Below are positions 1 through 12,180 of a stretch of 64,000 nucleotides of DNA, piece by piece. A program made the translations under genes and the position numbers. Within the stretch, counting starts at the first letter, position 1. Each line of letters starts with the position of its first letter. This DNA comes from Macrostomum lignano. Its lineage: Eukaryota. The DNA is taken from contig NIVC01000245.1 in the NCBI GenBank assembly GCA_002269645.1, positions 124,001-188,000 on the forward strand. The letters are read 5' to 3'. The notes under the pieces are model-generated. The model did not search any database. It had not been told where the DNA came from and saw nothing but the letters and a program-made list of their open reading frames with translations.

Positions 1-1400
1 CAGGTGGTTCTAGTAGTGAACAGGTGGTTCTAGTAGTGAACAGGTGGTTCTAGTAGTGAACAGGTGGTTCTAGTAGTGAACAGGTGGTTCTAGTAGTGAA
101 CAGGTGGTTCTAGTAGTGAACAGGTGGTTCTAGTAGTGAACAGGCAGTTCTGGGAGTGAACAGGTGGTTCTGAGAGTGAACAGATGGTTCTGAGAGTGAA
201 CAGATGGTTCTGGGAGTGAACAGGTGGTTCTAGTAGTGAACAGGTGGTTCTAGTAGTGAACAGGTGGTTCTAGTAGTGAACAGGTGGTTCTAGTAGTGAA
301 CAGGTGGTTCTAGTAGTGAACAGGTGGTTCTAGTAGTGAACAGGTGGTTCTAGTAGTGAACAGGCAGTTCTGGGAGTGAACAGGTGGTTCTGAGAGTGAA
401 CAGATGGTTCTGAGAGTGAACAGATGGTTCTGGGAGTGAACAGGTGGTTCTAGTAGTGAACAGGTGGTTCTAGTAGTGAACAGGTGGTTCTAGTAGTGAA
501 CAGGTGGTTCTAGTAGTGAACAGGCAGTTCTGGGAGTGAACAGGTGGTTCTGAGAGTGAACAGATGGTTCTGAGAGTGAACAGATGGTTCTGGGAGTGAA
601 CATGTGGTTCTGGGAGTGAACAGGTGGTTCTGAGAGTGAACAGGTAGTTCTGAGAGTGAACAGATGGTTCTGAGAGTGAACATGTGGTTCTGGGAGTGAA
701 CAGGTGGTTCTGAGAGTGAACAGGTAGTTTTGAGAGTGAACAGGTAGTTCTGGGAGTGAACAGGTGGTTCTGGGAGTGAACAGGTGGTTCTAGTAGTGAA
801 CAGGTGGTTCTAGTAGTGAACAGGCAGTTCTGGGAGTGAACAGGTGGTTCTGAGAGTGAACAGATGGTTCTGAGAGTGAACAGATGGTTTTAGTAGTGAA
901 CAGGTGGTTCTAGTAGTGAACAGGTGGTTCTAGTAGTGAACAGGTGGTTCTAGTAGTGAACAGGTGGTTCTAGTAGTGAACGGGTGGTTCTAGTAGTGAA
1001 CAGGTGGTTCTAGTAGTGAACAGGTGGTTCTAGTAGTGAACAGGTGGTTCTAGTAGTGAACAGGTGGTTCTAGGAGTGAACAGGTGGTTCTGAGAGTGAA
1101 CAGGTGGTTCTGAGAGTGAACAGATGGTTCTGGGAGTGAACAGGTGGTTCTGGGAGTGAACAGGTGGTTTTGAGAGTGAACAGGTGGTTCTGAGAGTGAA
1201 CAGGTGGTTTTGAGAGTGAACAGGTAGTTCTGGGAGTGAACAGGTGGTTCTGAGAGTGAACAGGTGGTTCTGAGAGTGAACAGGTAGTTCTGAGAGTGAA
1301 CAGGTTGTTCTGGGAGTGAGCAGGTAGTTCTGAGAGTGAACAGGTGGTTCTGGGAGTGAGCAGGTGGTTCTGGGAGTGAACAGATGATTCCGAGAGTGAG
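1..1400. repeat. 20-bp minisatellite (caggtggttctagtagtgaa and variants), runs off the window start
   Basis: About 70 tandem copies in exact 20-nt register. Variants carry TG/CA/TA at the same dinucleotide. Confidence 0.98.
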
Positions 1401-2310
1401 CAGCTTTTTAAATTTATAACCTATTTGTTATATTTTGTTAAACCTGGTGATGGAATGGACAGTGAGCTTTACTTAGCAGTCAATCATTAATATTGCAATT
1501 GTTATAATTTTTTAGAGTTGATAATTTTATTGGCGTACTAATTAATATTAATAATATTAATAATACTAAAATCATGACTTTATTTTTTGGCACATGAACT
1601 TGCACTCTTTTCACTATTTTTGGTGTTGTTTTTGATAATATTTTCTAGCCATTCTCTAGCATACGCAATCACTGTCACTAAATTAGTCAACCAATATGAC
1701 CACTAAGTTTTATTCTAGCATCCAATGCATTGTTGTGCAGCAATTGTAGGGGTTGAGCTATTTTATGATGATACTGAAATAAATTTGAATTTATTTTTCT
1801 TCTACTATGTCCATATTTTTGCAAAGCAATTGCAAAGCAAAGCAATTTTCAAATAATTACAGTAGCTTGAAAGCGAATATCTGTCTTGTATATTGGATAT
1901 ACTTGAAAACTCGATTAAAACGCCAATCGTTAATCACACCATCTTTTCTGGGGCAATATTCAGTTGGCAAGCAATTATTCATTTCCGCTCTAAGTCTGAG
2001 GATCGTCTTTTAAAACTGAAACTGTTGATAATGGGAACGTAAAAGATTCTTAAAAGGCGGAAACAGTCCGCCAAGCATCCCGCTTTGGTCTGTGTCAGAA
2101 ACACATGGCCAAGTCATTCAGTCGGTGGTTGCAGTGCCGCAGATTTTCTTTCTTTCTTTTCCTTTCGCCCGCCGTTGATTTATTATCCCTGAGGCGATGG
2201 TGCCCCTGGTTGCGCAATGAGCTCCGCGGGCTAATCTATGATTTGTGTATCGATATCATAAAGGAATCGATTGATACGCTCGTAAAATTGATCTACAGTA
2301 CCACAAGACA

Positions 2311-2560
2311 CGAGACAAATAGAGATTAGACACGAGACAAATAGAGATTAGACATGAGACAAATAGAGATTAGACACGAGACAAATAGAGATTAGACACG
2401 AGACAAATAGAGATTAGACACGAGACAAATAGAGATTAGACACGAGACAAATAGAGATTAGACACGAGACAAATAGGTTAGACACGAGACAAGTAGAGAT
2501 TAGACATGAGAGGGATAGAGATTAGACACGAGACGAGTAGAGATTGGACACCAGAGAATA
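2311..2560. repeat. 22-bp minisatellite (agacacgagacaaatagagatt)
   Basis: About 10 tandem copies read directly. Confidence 0.95.
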
Positions 2561-3036
2561 GATATCACAGTCTAACCCACTGCAAAACACGCGCTGAGGA
2601 AGCAATCGACTGGAAAAAAAGGTTTCGCATTTGCTGTGTTCCAAATATTATCTGTTTTGCCTGTTGCACAAGCTTTTCTATTAACAGTTTCTGCATGGAA
2701 CTGGGTGTCTCTCTCTTCTGCATGTTGCAAGAAAACTTTTCAAAGTGTCTTCAAATCCAATTAGTGTCAGCAACCGCCTGGTGCGCTCTTCTCGCATGCG
2801 CTGATTTATGATGCCGCATCCCGCCCGCCACTGCTGCGTCTGTGGAGTCTTGAAGTCATTAAAAATGTTGCTGTAATATTTAGATTTATGACTGTTTCTG
2901 AAATGCTGGTCCGGTATTGTGCCACGATGGCCTTTGTTGTGCAATCCTCTATGGTGACACTGGCCAATGCAGCTCTAGTCTCAATCAATTTTTTCTCATT
3001 TAGACCAGTTTCAGAGTATAACACTTTAAACTCTTA

Positions 3037-3790
3037 GATGTGTCTAATCTACTCTCAGGTGTGTCTAATCTACTCCTAGGTGTGTCTAATCTACTCTCGT
3101 GTGTGTGTGCCTAATCTACTCTCGTGTGTGTGTCTAATCTACTCTCGTGTGTGTGTATAATCTACTCTTAGGTGTGTCTAATCTACTCTCGTGTGTGTGT
3201 GCCTAATCTACTCTCGTGTGTGTGTCTAATCTACTCTCGTGTGTGTGTCTAATCTACTCTTAGGTGTGTCTAATCTACTCTTAGGTGTGTCTAATCTACT
3301 TTCGTGTGTCTAATCTACAGTACTATCGTGTATGTGTCTAATCTACTCTCGTGTGTGTGTCTAATCTACTCTCAGGTTTGTGTCTAATCTACTCTTGTGT
3401 GTGTCTAATCTACTCTCAGATGTGTATCTAATCTACTCTCATGTGTGTCTAATCTACTCTCATGTCTGTCTAATCTACTCTCAGGTGTCTATGTCTAATC
3501 TACTCTCATGTGTGTGCCTAATCTACTCTCAGATGTCTAATCTACTTTTATATGTCTAATCTACACCCAGATGTCTAATCTACACCCAGATGTCTAATCT
3601 ACACCCAGATGTCTAATCTACACCCAGGTGTCTAATCTACACCCAGATGTCTAATCTACACCCAGATGTCTAATCTACACCCAGATGTCTAATCTACTCT
3701 TAGTTGTGTCTAATGTACTCGTGCGTGTCTAATCTATTCTCATGTGTGTATCTATTCTACTCTCAGTTGTCTATTCTACACTCAATTGTG
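3037..3790. repeat. ~20-26-bp variable minisatellite (gtgtctaatctactctc core)
   Basis: Tandem copies with a variable (gt)n spacer. The core resembles the reverse complement of the 2311-2560 unit. Confidence 0.93.
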
Positions 3791-3983
3791 TATGTCTAAT
3801 ATTACTCACTGTATATGTGTCTGCACATCACATGTAGGAATTCAGTGAAAACAATCATATAAGACAGCATAAATGATGCAAATTGCTAATTCACCAATCG
3901 GCTTGCGCTTGTGCGGGTATATTCAATATAGCGCAAAAATGGCATGATGTACGCAAAGACGTGCATGAACTGAAAGGATTTGT

Positions 3984-6898
3984 TTAATAAAAAGCTGTTC
4001 CAATTGTTTTCAACGGAATAACTGGCGGATTGCTAGACCATGGGATTGCGGCGGCGGCGGCGGCGTTGCTGCCGCTCACCGATGATGCAGATCCAGAGAT
4101 CATCGCCGCTCCAGCTTCCAGTTGCTGCTGATGAAGCTTCGCCTGTCGGCGGTCCTTGGCGCGACGATTTTGAAACCAGATTTTTATCTGAAATTGAAAC
4201 GGTTTTATGAGAACTATTGATAGCTGTTGCCGATACTTTCCTATAAATGTATGCCATTTTGAGATTGGGGTGCCATTTTGAGATGGGGTGCCATTTTGAG
4301 ATGGAGTGCCATTTTGAGGTTTTTGGTGCCATTTTGAGATCCATTTTGAGATGGAGTGCCATTTTGAGATTGGGTTGCCATTTTGAGATGGAGTGCCATT
4401 TTGAGATTGGGGTTCAAATGTTTTAGAATAATGTGTTGCGGGGGTGTGCCCCTCTGACGATGACTATGATCGTTGATGTTTCTGTTGAATCAAATAAGTC
4501 GGAGGTTCGATTTGTTTCTCTCGATCTCTAACCTTCAACAAGATGTTTATTACTAATCAATGTTAGTAGCAATTCCTAATAGGATATTGATCACGCAATT
4601 ACGCAAATTTGTTAAGCAATTCAGTGAAAATGGAGCCACAGGCTACTTATCGATATTGTTGCACGAATTGACGTTTGTCCGGATTTATCTCTGTTAAATC
4701 GGGATATTAGAGTTCAGGCCCGATTGTTGGGGCAAGCTAGCGGAGCAGTTGAGGAGGCAAAGAGGCGGAGAGCCGAGAACCGGGAAAAAACTGGAGAGAG
4801 GCTTCATTCTCACTGAACGCTAGTATATATATGATTTCTATAACGCATTTCATTGGTGTTCGCTTCACGCAATAGGATCTTTACTGGCGCACAAGCATGT
4901 GCTGTACTTTCCTGATAGAAAAACCTTCTGAAGTTCGCATTAGACTAAAAAAAACATTGGGCATAACATGCTTAAATTAAGATCACTTCAGGGTGCCATT
5001 TTGAGATGGGGTGCCATTTTGAGATGGGGTGCCAATCTTTCTTCAAAATCGGTTTCCACTTTTATCAAGATTGGTTGCCTTTTTAAAAAATTGTTGGCTA
5101 TTCAAAATCGGTTGCCACTTTTTCATTTTTCATTCATTTTTCTTTTTTCAACGGTTGCCATTTCTCAAAATCAGTCGCCATTTTTCAACATTGGCTGAAA
5201 TTTTTCAAAATCGGTTGTCATTTTTCAAAATCGGTTGTCATTTTTCAAAATCGGTTGCCGTTTTTCAAAATCGGTTGCTGTTTTTCAAAATCGGTTGTCA
5301 TTTTTCAAAATCGGTTGTCATTTTTCAAAATCGGTTGCCACTTCAAGAGAGCTGAAGCTACCAGAATTTTAGAGACAGCTGTAATTATTTATTCAATTAA
5401 TTTACGAGGAAACCTGGCACAAACTGATTACCATGACACCAACCTGTCTCTCAGTAAGCTGCAGCAGCAGGGACAGCTCCTTCTTCCGTTTCGACCCGAT
5501 GAACCTCTGATAGTGATATTCCTTCTCCAGCTCCAATCGCTGCTGAGGCGTGTACACCTGCCTGTAGGTGTCCTCTGTGCGAGTCTTTTGGTTGCTCTCT
5601 GTACGTTGGGAGTTGTTAGAGGTAGCATTGATGTATTTTACCTACCAGTGTGTCTTCTGTCTATCTACCAGTGTGTCTTCTGTCTATCTACCAGTGTGTC
5701 TACTGTCTGTCTACCAGTGTGCCTACTGTCTGTCTACCAGTGTGTCTACTGTCTATCTACCAGTGTGTCTACTGTCTGTCTACCAGTGTGCCTACTGTCT
5801 GTCTACCAGTGTGTCTTCTGTCTATCTACCAGTGTGTCTTCTGTCTATCTACCAGTGTGTCTACTGTCTGTCTACCAGTGTGCCTACTGTCTATCTACCA
5901 GTGTGCCTACTGTCTATCTACCAGTGTGTTCTACTGTCTATCTACCAGTGTGTCTACTGTCTATCTACCAGTGTGTTCTACTGTCTATCTACCAGTGTGT
6001 CTACTGTCTGTCTACCAGTGTGTCTACTGTCTATCTATCAGTGTGTCTACTGTCTGTCTACCAGTGTGTCTACTGTCTATCTATCAGTGTGTCTTCTGTC
6101 TATCTACCAGTGTGTCTACTGTCTGTCTACCAGTGTGTCTACTGTCTATCTACCAGTGTGTCTACTGTCTGTCTACCAGTGTGTCTACTGTCTATCTATC
6201 AGTGTGTCTTCTGTCTGTCTACCAGTGTGTCTACTGTCTGTCTACCAGTGTGTCTACTGTCTGTCTACCAGTGTCTACTGTCTATCTACCAGTGTGTCTA
6301 CTGTCTATCTACCAGTGTGTCTACTGTCTATCTACCAGTGTGTCTACTGTCTGCCTACCAGTGTGTCGTCTACTGTCTATCTACTAGTGTGTCTACTGTC
6401 TGCCTACTAGTGTGTCTACTGTCTATCTACCAGTATTTCTACTGTCTATCTATCAGTGTATGTCTACCGTGTGTCTACCAGTGTGTCTACTGTCTATCTA
6501 CCAGTGTCTACCCTCTTTACCCTGAATCCACCCTATCTTTCTACCAGTATGTTTATTTGCCATAATATTTCTGACTATTCTATCATCTATCTCTAGAAGC
6601 CCGATACAAGCCGATCCATATCCATCCATAAGCTACCACAGTCTCTATTTTGCAGCCAACCAACCCAAGCCCCGTCAGACTCACTTCTGCACTGATGCAG
6701 TGCGCAGAGGCGTTGCTCCTGTCTGGTGTACGCGGTCGCGATATGATTATTACTAGTGTTTCTATTAACATTAACCGACACTTGTTGATGTTGCTGCTCC
6801 CAATTTATGTTATTGTTGTAACCATGACAACATAGACAACAGCTATCCAATCCGATCAATCTATTCTGCAGACAGTGTTGCTGAGGTTGAGACTGCAT
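3984..6898 (-). CDS. Cdx: Cdx/caudal-type ParaHox homeobox protein (~190 aa, 3 exons: 6898-6685 tentative, 5598-5444, 4187-3984)
   Basis: Manual translation: exon 5598-5444 gives [51 protein letters not shown], then a GT donor. Exon 4187-3984 gives [15 protein letters not shown]...stop. This matches the Cdx signature KTRTKDKYRVVYT...EKEFHYSRYIT and the Cdx intron after homeodomain Q44. Exon 1 (MQSQPQQHC...HQCR) ends at a GTGAGT donor in the required phase 1. Confidence 0.82.
4252..5342. repeat. Intronic arrays of tgccattttgagatgggg (4252-4412, 4990-5035) and ttttcaaaatcggttgcca (5045-5342)
   Basis: 18-20-bp tandem units read directly, inside Cdx intron 2. Confidence 0.9.
5640..6510. repeat. 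23-bp minisatellite (ctaccagtgtgtctactgtctat) filling Cdx intron 1
   Basis: Tandem copies read directly. It explains the 436/280/245-aa pseudo-ORFs. Confidence 0.97.
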
Positions 6899-7149
6899 AG
6901 TGAACTACTGTATGGTCGATGGTTTCTCTGAGAGAATCTCCCGCCTTTGCATGTCAATTACGTCTTTTAGTTTAACGAAAATTTCAACACTCAGGCTGTT
7001 TTTATTGATAAGAATTCATACGCTGGTTACTCTTATTGGCCAGTTTCAGTATTTGCTCTTGGCCAATCAGAATTGACCAAAGATCCAGCAGAGACCTTCG
7101 AGCGCTTGGGTCAGGTTGATTAGTGCAAACTGTTTTGTTCCCTGCAACT

Positions 7150-7432
7150 GTCTACCACTGTGTCTACTGTCTATCAGTGTGTCTACTGTCTGTCTACCAG
7201 TGTGTCTACTGTCTATCTACCAGTGTGTTCTACTGTCTATCTACCAGTGTGTCTTCTGTCTATCCACCAGTGTGTCTACTGTCTATCTACCAGTGTGTCT
7301 TCTGTCTATCTACCAGTGTGTCTACTGTCTGTCTACCAGTGTGCCTACTGTCTGTCTACCAGTGTGTCTACTGTCTATCTACCAGTGTGTTCTACTGTCT
7401 ATCTACCAGTGTGTCTACTGTCTGTCAACCAG
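7150..7432. repeat. Second array of the same 23-bp minisatellite, upstream of Cdx exon 1
   Basis: Same unit and orientation as 5640-6510. Confidence 0.95.
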
Positions 7433-8699
7433 TGTCTCTTGCTTGTACATGGTACAGCGACTCTTACCTATAGCCATAGCCTTAGGAAAAAAGTTAGTTA
7501 GCCTAAGCTATAGCTCATTTCTGCTCTCTTACGGCGTGTCATGACACATCAATTTTAAAACTTTGGCATCCTGAATGAATGATGTCAGACTGTAATTCAG
7601 TTTTTTCAACGCTGGATATTTTATTTGAATTGCATCAGTAATTTTACAAGTTATAGGGATTATTGGGATCTCAAGACTTCTCTTAATTTACAATTTTGTA
7701 GCCAAATCTAAAATAAAACACCTACAATCTAAGTTGTACATTACAGATCTGGAAAATATCAATTTAAATGTATATTTTTAATTGTTTAAATTTACTATCT
7801 GTCTGTCTACTAAACTGGCTGCTGCATCCAAATTATGATTTACAGCTTACAGGCGCCGAAACCCCATTCGAATGCAATAAAATTTATGATAAGGACAATT
7901 AAAATAAAGCCATTTATGCCTTATTATCTCGTAAGAAGCGACTCAATATTTTTTAAATTGTTTATTTCATGATTTAACCAAGTTAAAAAACTTGATATCG
8001 ATTAAAAATCAACAAAACCGAATTCAAAAGAAAAAGTTTTTTTAAAAAGCATTGCACAAACACTTTAAATTACTGAGGTAATGCCATATTAAAAGTAGTA
8101 TGCATAATTTTTGACTAGAATTTTTAATAAACAACAAAGAAAATAAAACTAAATTTAAAGTTTCCCAGATTAATTTTTGTTTTAATAAATGAAGGTCGAA
8201 AAACCGACTGACTAGCAAAGCGATTACCGATATGTATCGAAAAATTGATTTTTAAGTGGGAACAACAATGAGCTATATTAGGAAACATTGAGAAAATATT
8301 ATATACAACAATTGCTTCTTAGCCCAGAGGAAAAGTGAGGCAAGCAAATAAGCAATTATAGAAAACATTTTTAGACGATTTAAAAAACATCAACTACTGA
8401 CTATTCAGTAGCAATTATAGGATAATAACAACACAAAGATAAGTTGAATACTGCGCTAAGGTGCTCGTAAAGAAATATCAGTTAGAACAGCAGCTTGTCA
8501 GACAACGAAATTTGTTTGTTATAATCGGGCTGGTGCATTATAACAATTTTATTACAGCATAAATAAACAAACAGGAAGAAAGTAGCAGTTCAAGATACGA
8601 AACACTGGTTTTATTTGAAAGGAATTCAAACTTTTGCTGGTGCAATTCAAGAATTGATAATCCTCCATAGGGATCATTTTGGTATTATCAATACGAGCG

Positions 8700-9050
8700 T
8701 AGGGATCAAAATGGGATTATTAATAGAGATCATCAATTGGGATTGCAATGGGATTATTAATAGAGATCATTATGAGATTATTAATAAGATTATCAAGGGG
8801 GATTATAATGGGATTACCAATAGGGATTATAATGGGATTATCAATAGCGATCATTATGAGATTATCAATAGAGATTATAATGGCATATCAATAGGGATTA
8901 CAATGGGATTATCGATAGGGATTACAATGGGATTATCGATAGGGATTTTAATGGGATTATTATTATGGATTTTAATGGGATTACCAATAGGGATCATTGT
9001 AAGATTATCAATAGGGATTATAATGGGATTATAAATAGGGATTATCAACT
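8700..9050. repeat. Degenerate 24-bp repeat (aatagggattataatgggattatc)
   Basis: Repeated gggatt motifs in a 12/24-nt register. Confidence 0.85.
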
Positions 9051-9183
9051 TAAGATATTGCGGTAATCTTATCTGTTCTACACTAATTTGCAAACACCAA
9101 TTTGTTTACAAAATAGAACTAGCAGCTGACCCTAAAAAAAACAGACAAAAAGAACCCCGAGAGCGACCTACACGAGCCCAGCA

Positions 9184-12180
9184 TCAATAGTTATCGTCAT
9201 CATCTTCTCCGAGCACATCCTTAATCCCCGGTGCCGATCTCGCGGCTGGCAAAGCTGGCGAGACGTGAGTAGAGCCGGACTCCAACTCGGGACTATCAGC
9301 TGCTGAGTTGTTGGCGTCGCCATGGCGACCAGGACTAAGAGCGGCGGCGGCGGCATCCTCCGGCGTTGTTAAAGGCGGAGTCGCTTGCGGTTGCTGCTGC
9401 TGAGCCCGAGTAGTTGGTTGCTGCTGTTGACCGAATTGAGCAGTTCTGTGATGAAATATCGCCTGCTCAATGTAGCTGTTTGCTATGGGTCTGCGCCGCT
9501 TCTCCGCTCTGCGGAACAGAGTGACCTCCTGCGGTGCGGTTAAAATTAAGAGATTTAAAAATTCAGCTGACTCGCTTGACTCCTTGCATGACCTGACAAA
9601 CCTACTGACCCCCCCCCCCAAATTACCTCCTACCTGATCCCCAGATGACCACCTTACCCTGACCCCCACATGACTACCATATCCTGACCGCCACATGATT
9701 ACCTACCCTGACCCCCGAGTCCACGACCACCCTACCCTGACCCCCACACGACCACCCTACCTGACACCCACATGACCACCCTACCCTGACCACCCTACCT
9801 GACCACACTACCTTGACCCCCACCTGACCACCCTACTCTGACCCCAACATGACCACCCTACTCTGACCCCCACATGACCACCCTACTCTGACCCCAACAT
9901 GACCACCCTACTCTGACCCACACATGACCACCCTACTCTGACCCCAACATGACCACCCTACTCTGACCCCCACATGACCACCCTACTCTGACCCCCACCT
10001 GACCACCCTACTCTGACCCCCACATGACCACCCTACTCTGACCCCCACATGACCACCCTACTCTGACCCCCACATGACCACCCTACTCTGACCCACACAT
10101 GACCACCCTACTCTGACCCCCACATGACCACCCTACTCTGACCCCCACCTGAACGACCTACTCTGACTCACACATGACCACCCTACTCTGATCCCCACAT
10201 GACCACCCTACCTGACCCCCACATGACCACCCTACCTTGACCACCCCACCTGACCACCCTACTCTGACCCCAACATGACCACCCTACTCTGACCCCAACA
10301 TGACCACCCTACTCTGACCCCAACATGACCACCCTACTCTGACCCCCACATGACCACCCTACTCTGACCCCAACATGACCACCCTACTCTGACCCCAACA
10401 TGACCACCCTACTCTGACCCCAACATGACCACCCTACTCTGACCCCCACATGACCACCCTACTCTGACCCCCACCTGACCACCCTACTCTGACCCACACA
10501 TGACCACCCTACTCTGACCCCCACATGACCACCCTACTCTGACCCCAACATGACCACCCTACTCTGACCCCAACATGACCACCCTACTCTGACCCCAACA
10601 TGACCACCCTACTCTGACCCCACATGACCACCCTACTCTGACCCCCACCACCCTACTCTGACCCACACATGACCACCCTACTCTGACCCCCACATGACCA
10701 CCCTACTCTGACCCCAACATGACCACCCTACTCTGACCCACACATGACCACCCTACTCTGACCCACACATGACCACCCTACTCTGACCCCAACATGACCA
10801 CCCTACTCTGACCCACACATGACCACCCTACTCTGACCCACACATGACCACCCTACTCTGACCCACACATGACCACCCTACCCCGACCCCCACATGACCA
10901 CCCTACTCTGACCCCCACCTGACCACCCTACTCTGACCCACACATGACCACCCTACTCTGACCCCCACCTGACCATCCTACCCCGACCCCCACATGACCA
11001 CCCTACTCTGATCCCCACATGACCACCCTACTCTGACCCCCACATGACCACCCTACTCTGACCCCCACATGACCACCCTACTCTGATCCCCACATGACCA
11101 CCCTACCTCGTATAAAAGCAGCATGACAGACGTGAATGAAAGCTCTACCTGCTGTTTAAAATATCTTCTTTCCTCCTCGTCCACAAGCACCAGATTCAAA
11201 TAGTATTTCACCGAGAACTTCTTATTAACGTCTCGCATTGATGGAGTCAAATCGTAGCCGCTCAGAAACAATCGAATAGGGATAGACTCCCCTCTGACTG
11301 GGGCTCCGTCCATGATCTCAAACTTAGCCAGAGTTTCGCTTTCATTCAGAGCGGCCGGACCGGAGCCCGCTAACTCTCTCCGAATAATCTGCACCTCCAT
11401 GTGGCGAATTTTAATTCGAACCAATAGGAAAAAGATTTTACCAACTATGACATCTTTCAGGTGATATTTTGATTTGTTATACTCGAACTCGATGTGCAAA
11501 CAGTCCTCAATGCCGACTTCCATTTTAATGCTACTATTCAAGTCAGGATATTGGGCCAGTGTGTGCACGCAAATGTCCTGCTCTTTGACTAAATCGCTCA
11601 GGCGTTTGACTACTGTGACTCGTAAGTAGCATCTGCGGTTAAGGAGAAATTTTTAGTCGATACAATTCTCGATCTGGGTATTTTGAGAACAAAATGGATA
11701 TAAACTTACCTCAGTCTAACATTAGCTCCAGAGTAGCTCTCGTATGGCTTCTCAACGTTGACAAATTCGAAGCCATAACAGACCCCCTGGGTAAGAATGC
11801 CGGGCCTTGCCAGCTCTCTGACCATCGAGACGAATTCGTGTCGATTGCCGCGGTCAAAGTAGAGATCTGATAGAATTTGTTAATTTAACTACTTAGAGTA
11901 GAAATATAGGATTTTTAACTGAAAAAATCTAATATACTACTTAAAGTAGCTCACCAATCTGACCAACGAATTCTATTTTAATGCCCTGGTGCTCCAATTT
12001 TGTTCCAGACTTCTTCACTAATATGTTCACTTTTCCGCTAACTGTTTCTCCATCGTAATAGAGAGGCAGGCGCTCTTTTCTGCCATCTTCTAGTTTCAAT
12101 TCGGCAGTTTTTCTGCTCTCCTGGCCATCGAGAACGATATCGATCTCGGCGCCTTGGCTGACAAGACCAAAGAAGCTCAT
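9184..12180 (-). CDS. VPS26: Retromer subunit VPS26, 403 aa, 4 exons (12180-11955, 11866-11710, 11632-11149, 9528-9184)
   Basis: Motifs YYDGETVSGKVNI, LEHQGIKIEFVGQI, EKPYESYSGANVRLR, SIKMEVGIEDCLHIEFEYNKSKYHLKDVIVGKIFFLLVRIKI and EEERRYFKQQ|EVTLFRR. All introns are GT-AG (88, 77 and ~1620 nt) and the exons sum to 1212 nt in frame. Confidence 0.96.
9640..11107. repeat. 25-bp C-rich minisatellite (acatgaccaccctactctgaccccc) in VPS26 intron 3
   Basis: About 58 tandem copies read directly. Confidence 0.97.

Noticed and set aside
5428-5628. 66-aa minus-strand ORF from the track
   Set aside because: Wrong frame; the real coding frame is the Cdx homeobox exon 5598-5444.
5255-6565. 436-aa and overlapping ORFs (VCLLSIYQC repeats)
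   Set aside because: Open in several frames because the 23-bp unit lacks stops; it lies in Cdx intron 1.
6583-6771. AYGWI as the Cdx hexapeptide
   Set aside because: It lies in a different frame, downstream of the strong phase-compatible GTGAGT donor at 6684; no good donor joins it to the homeobox exon.
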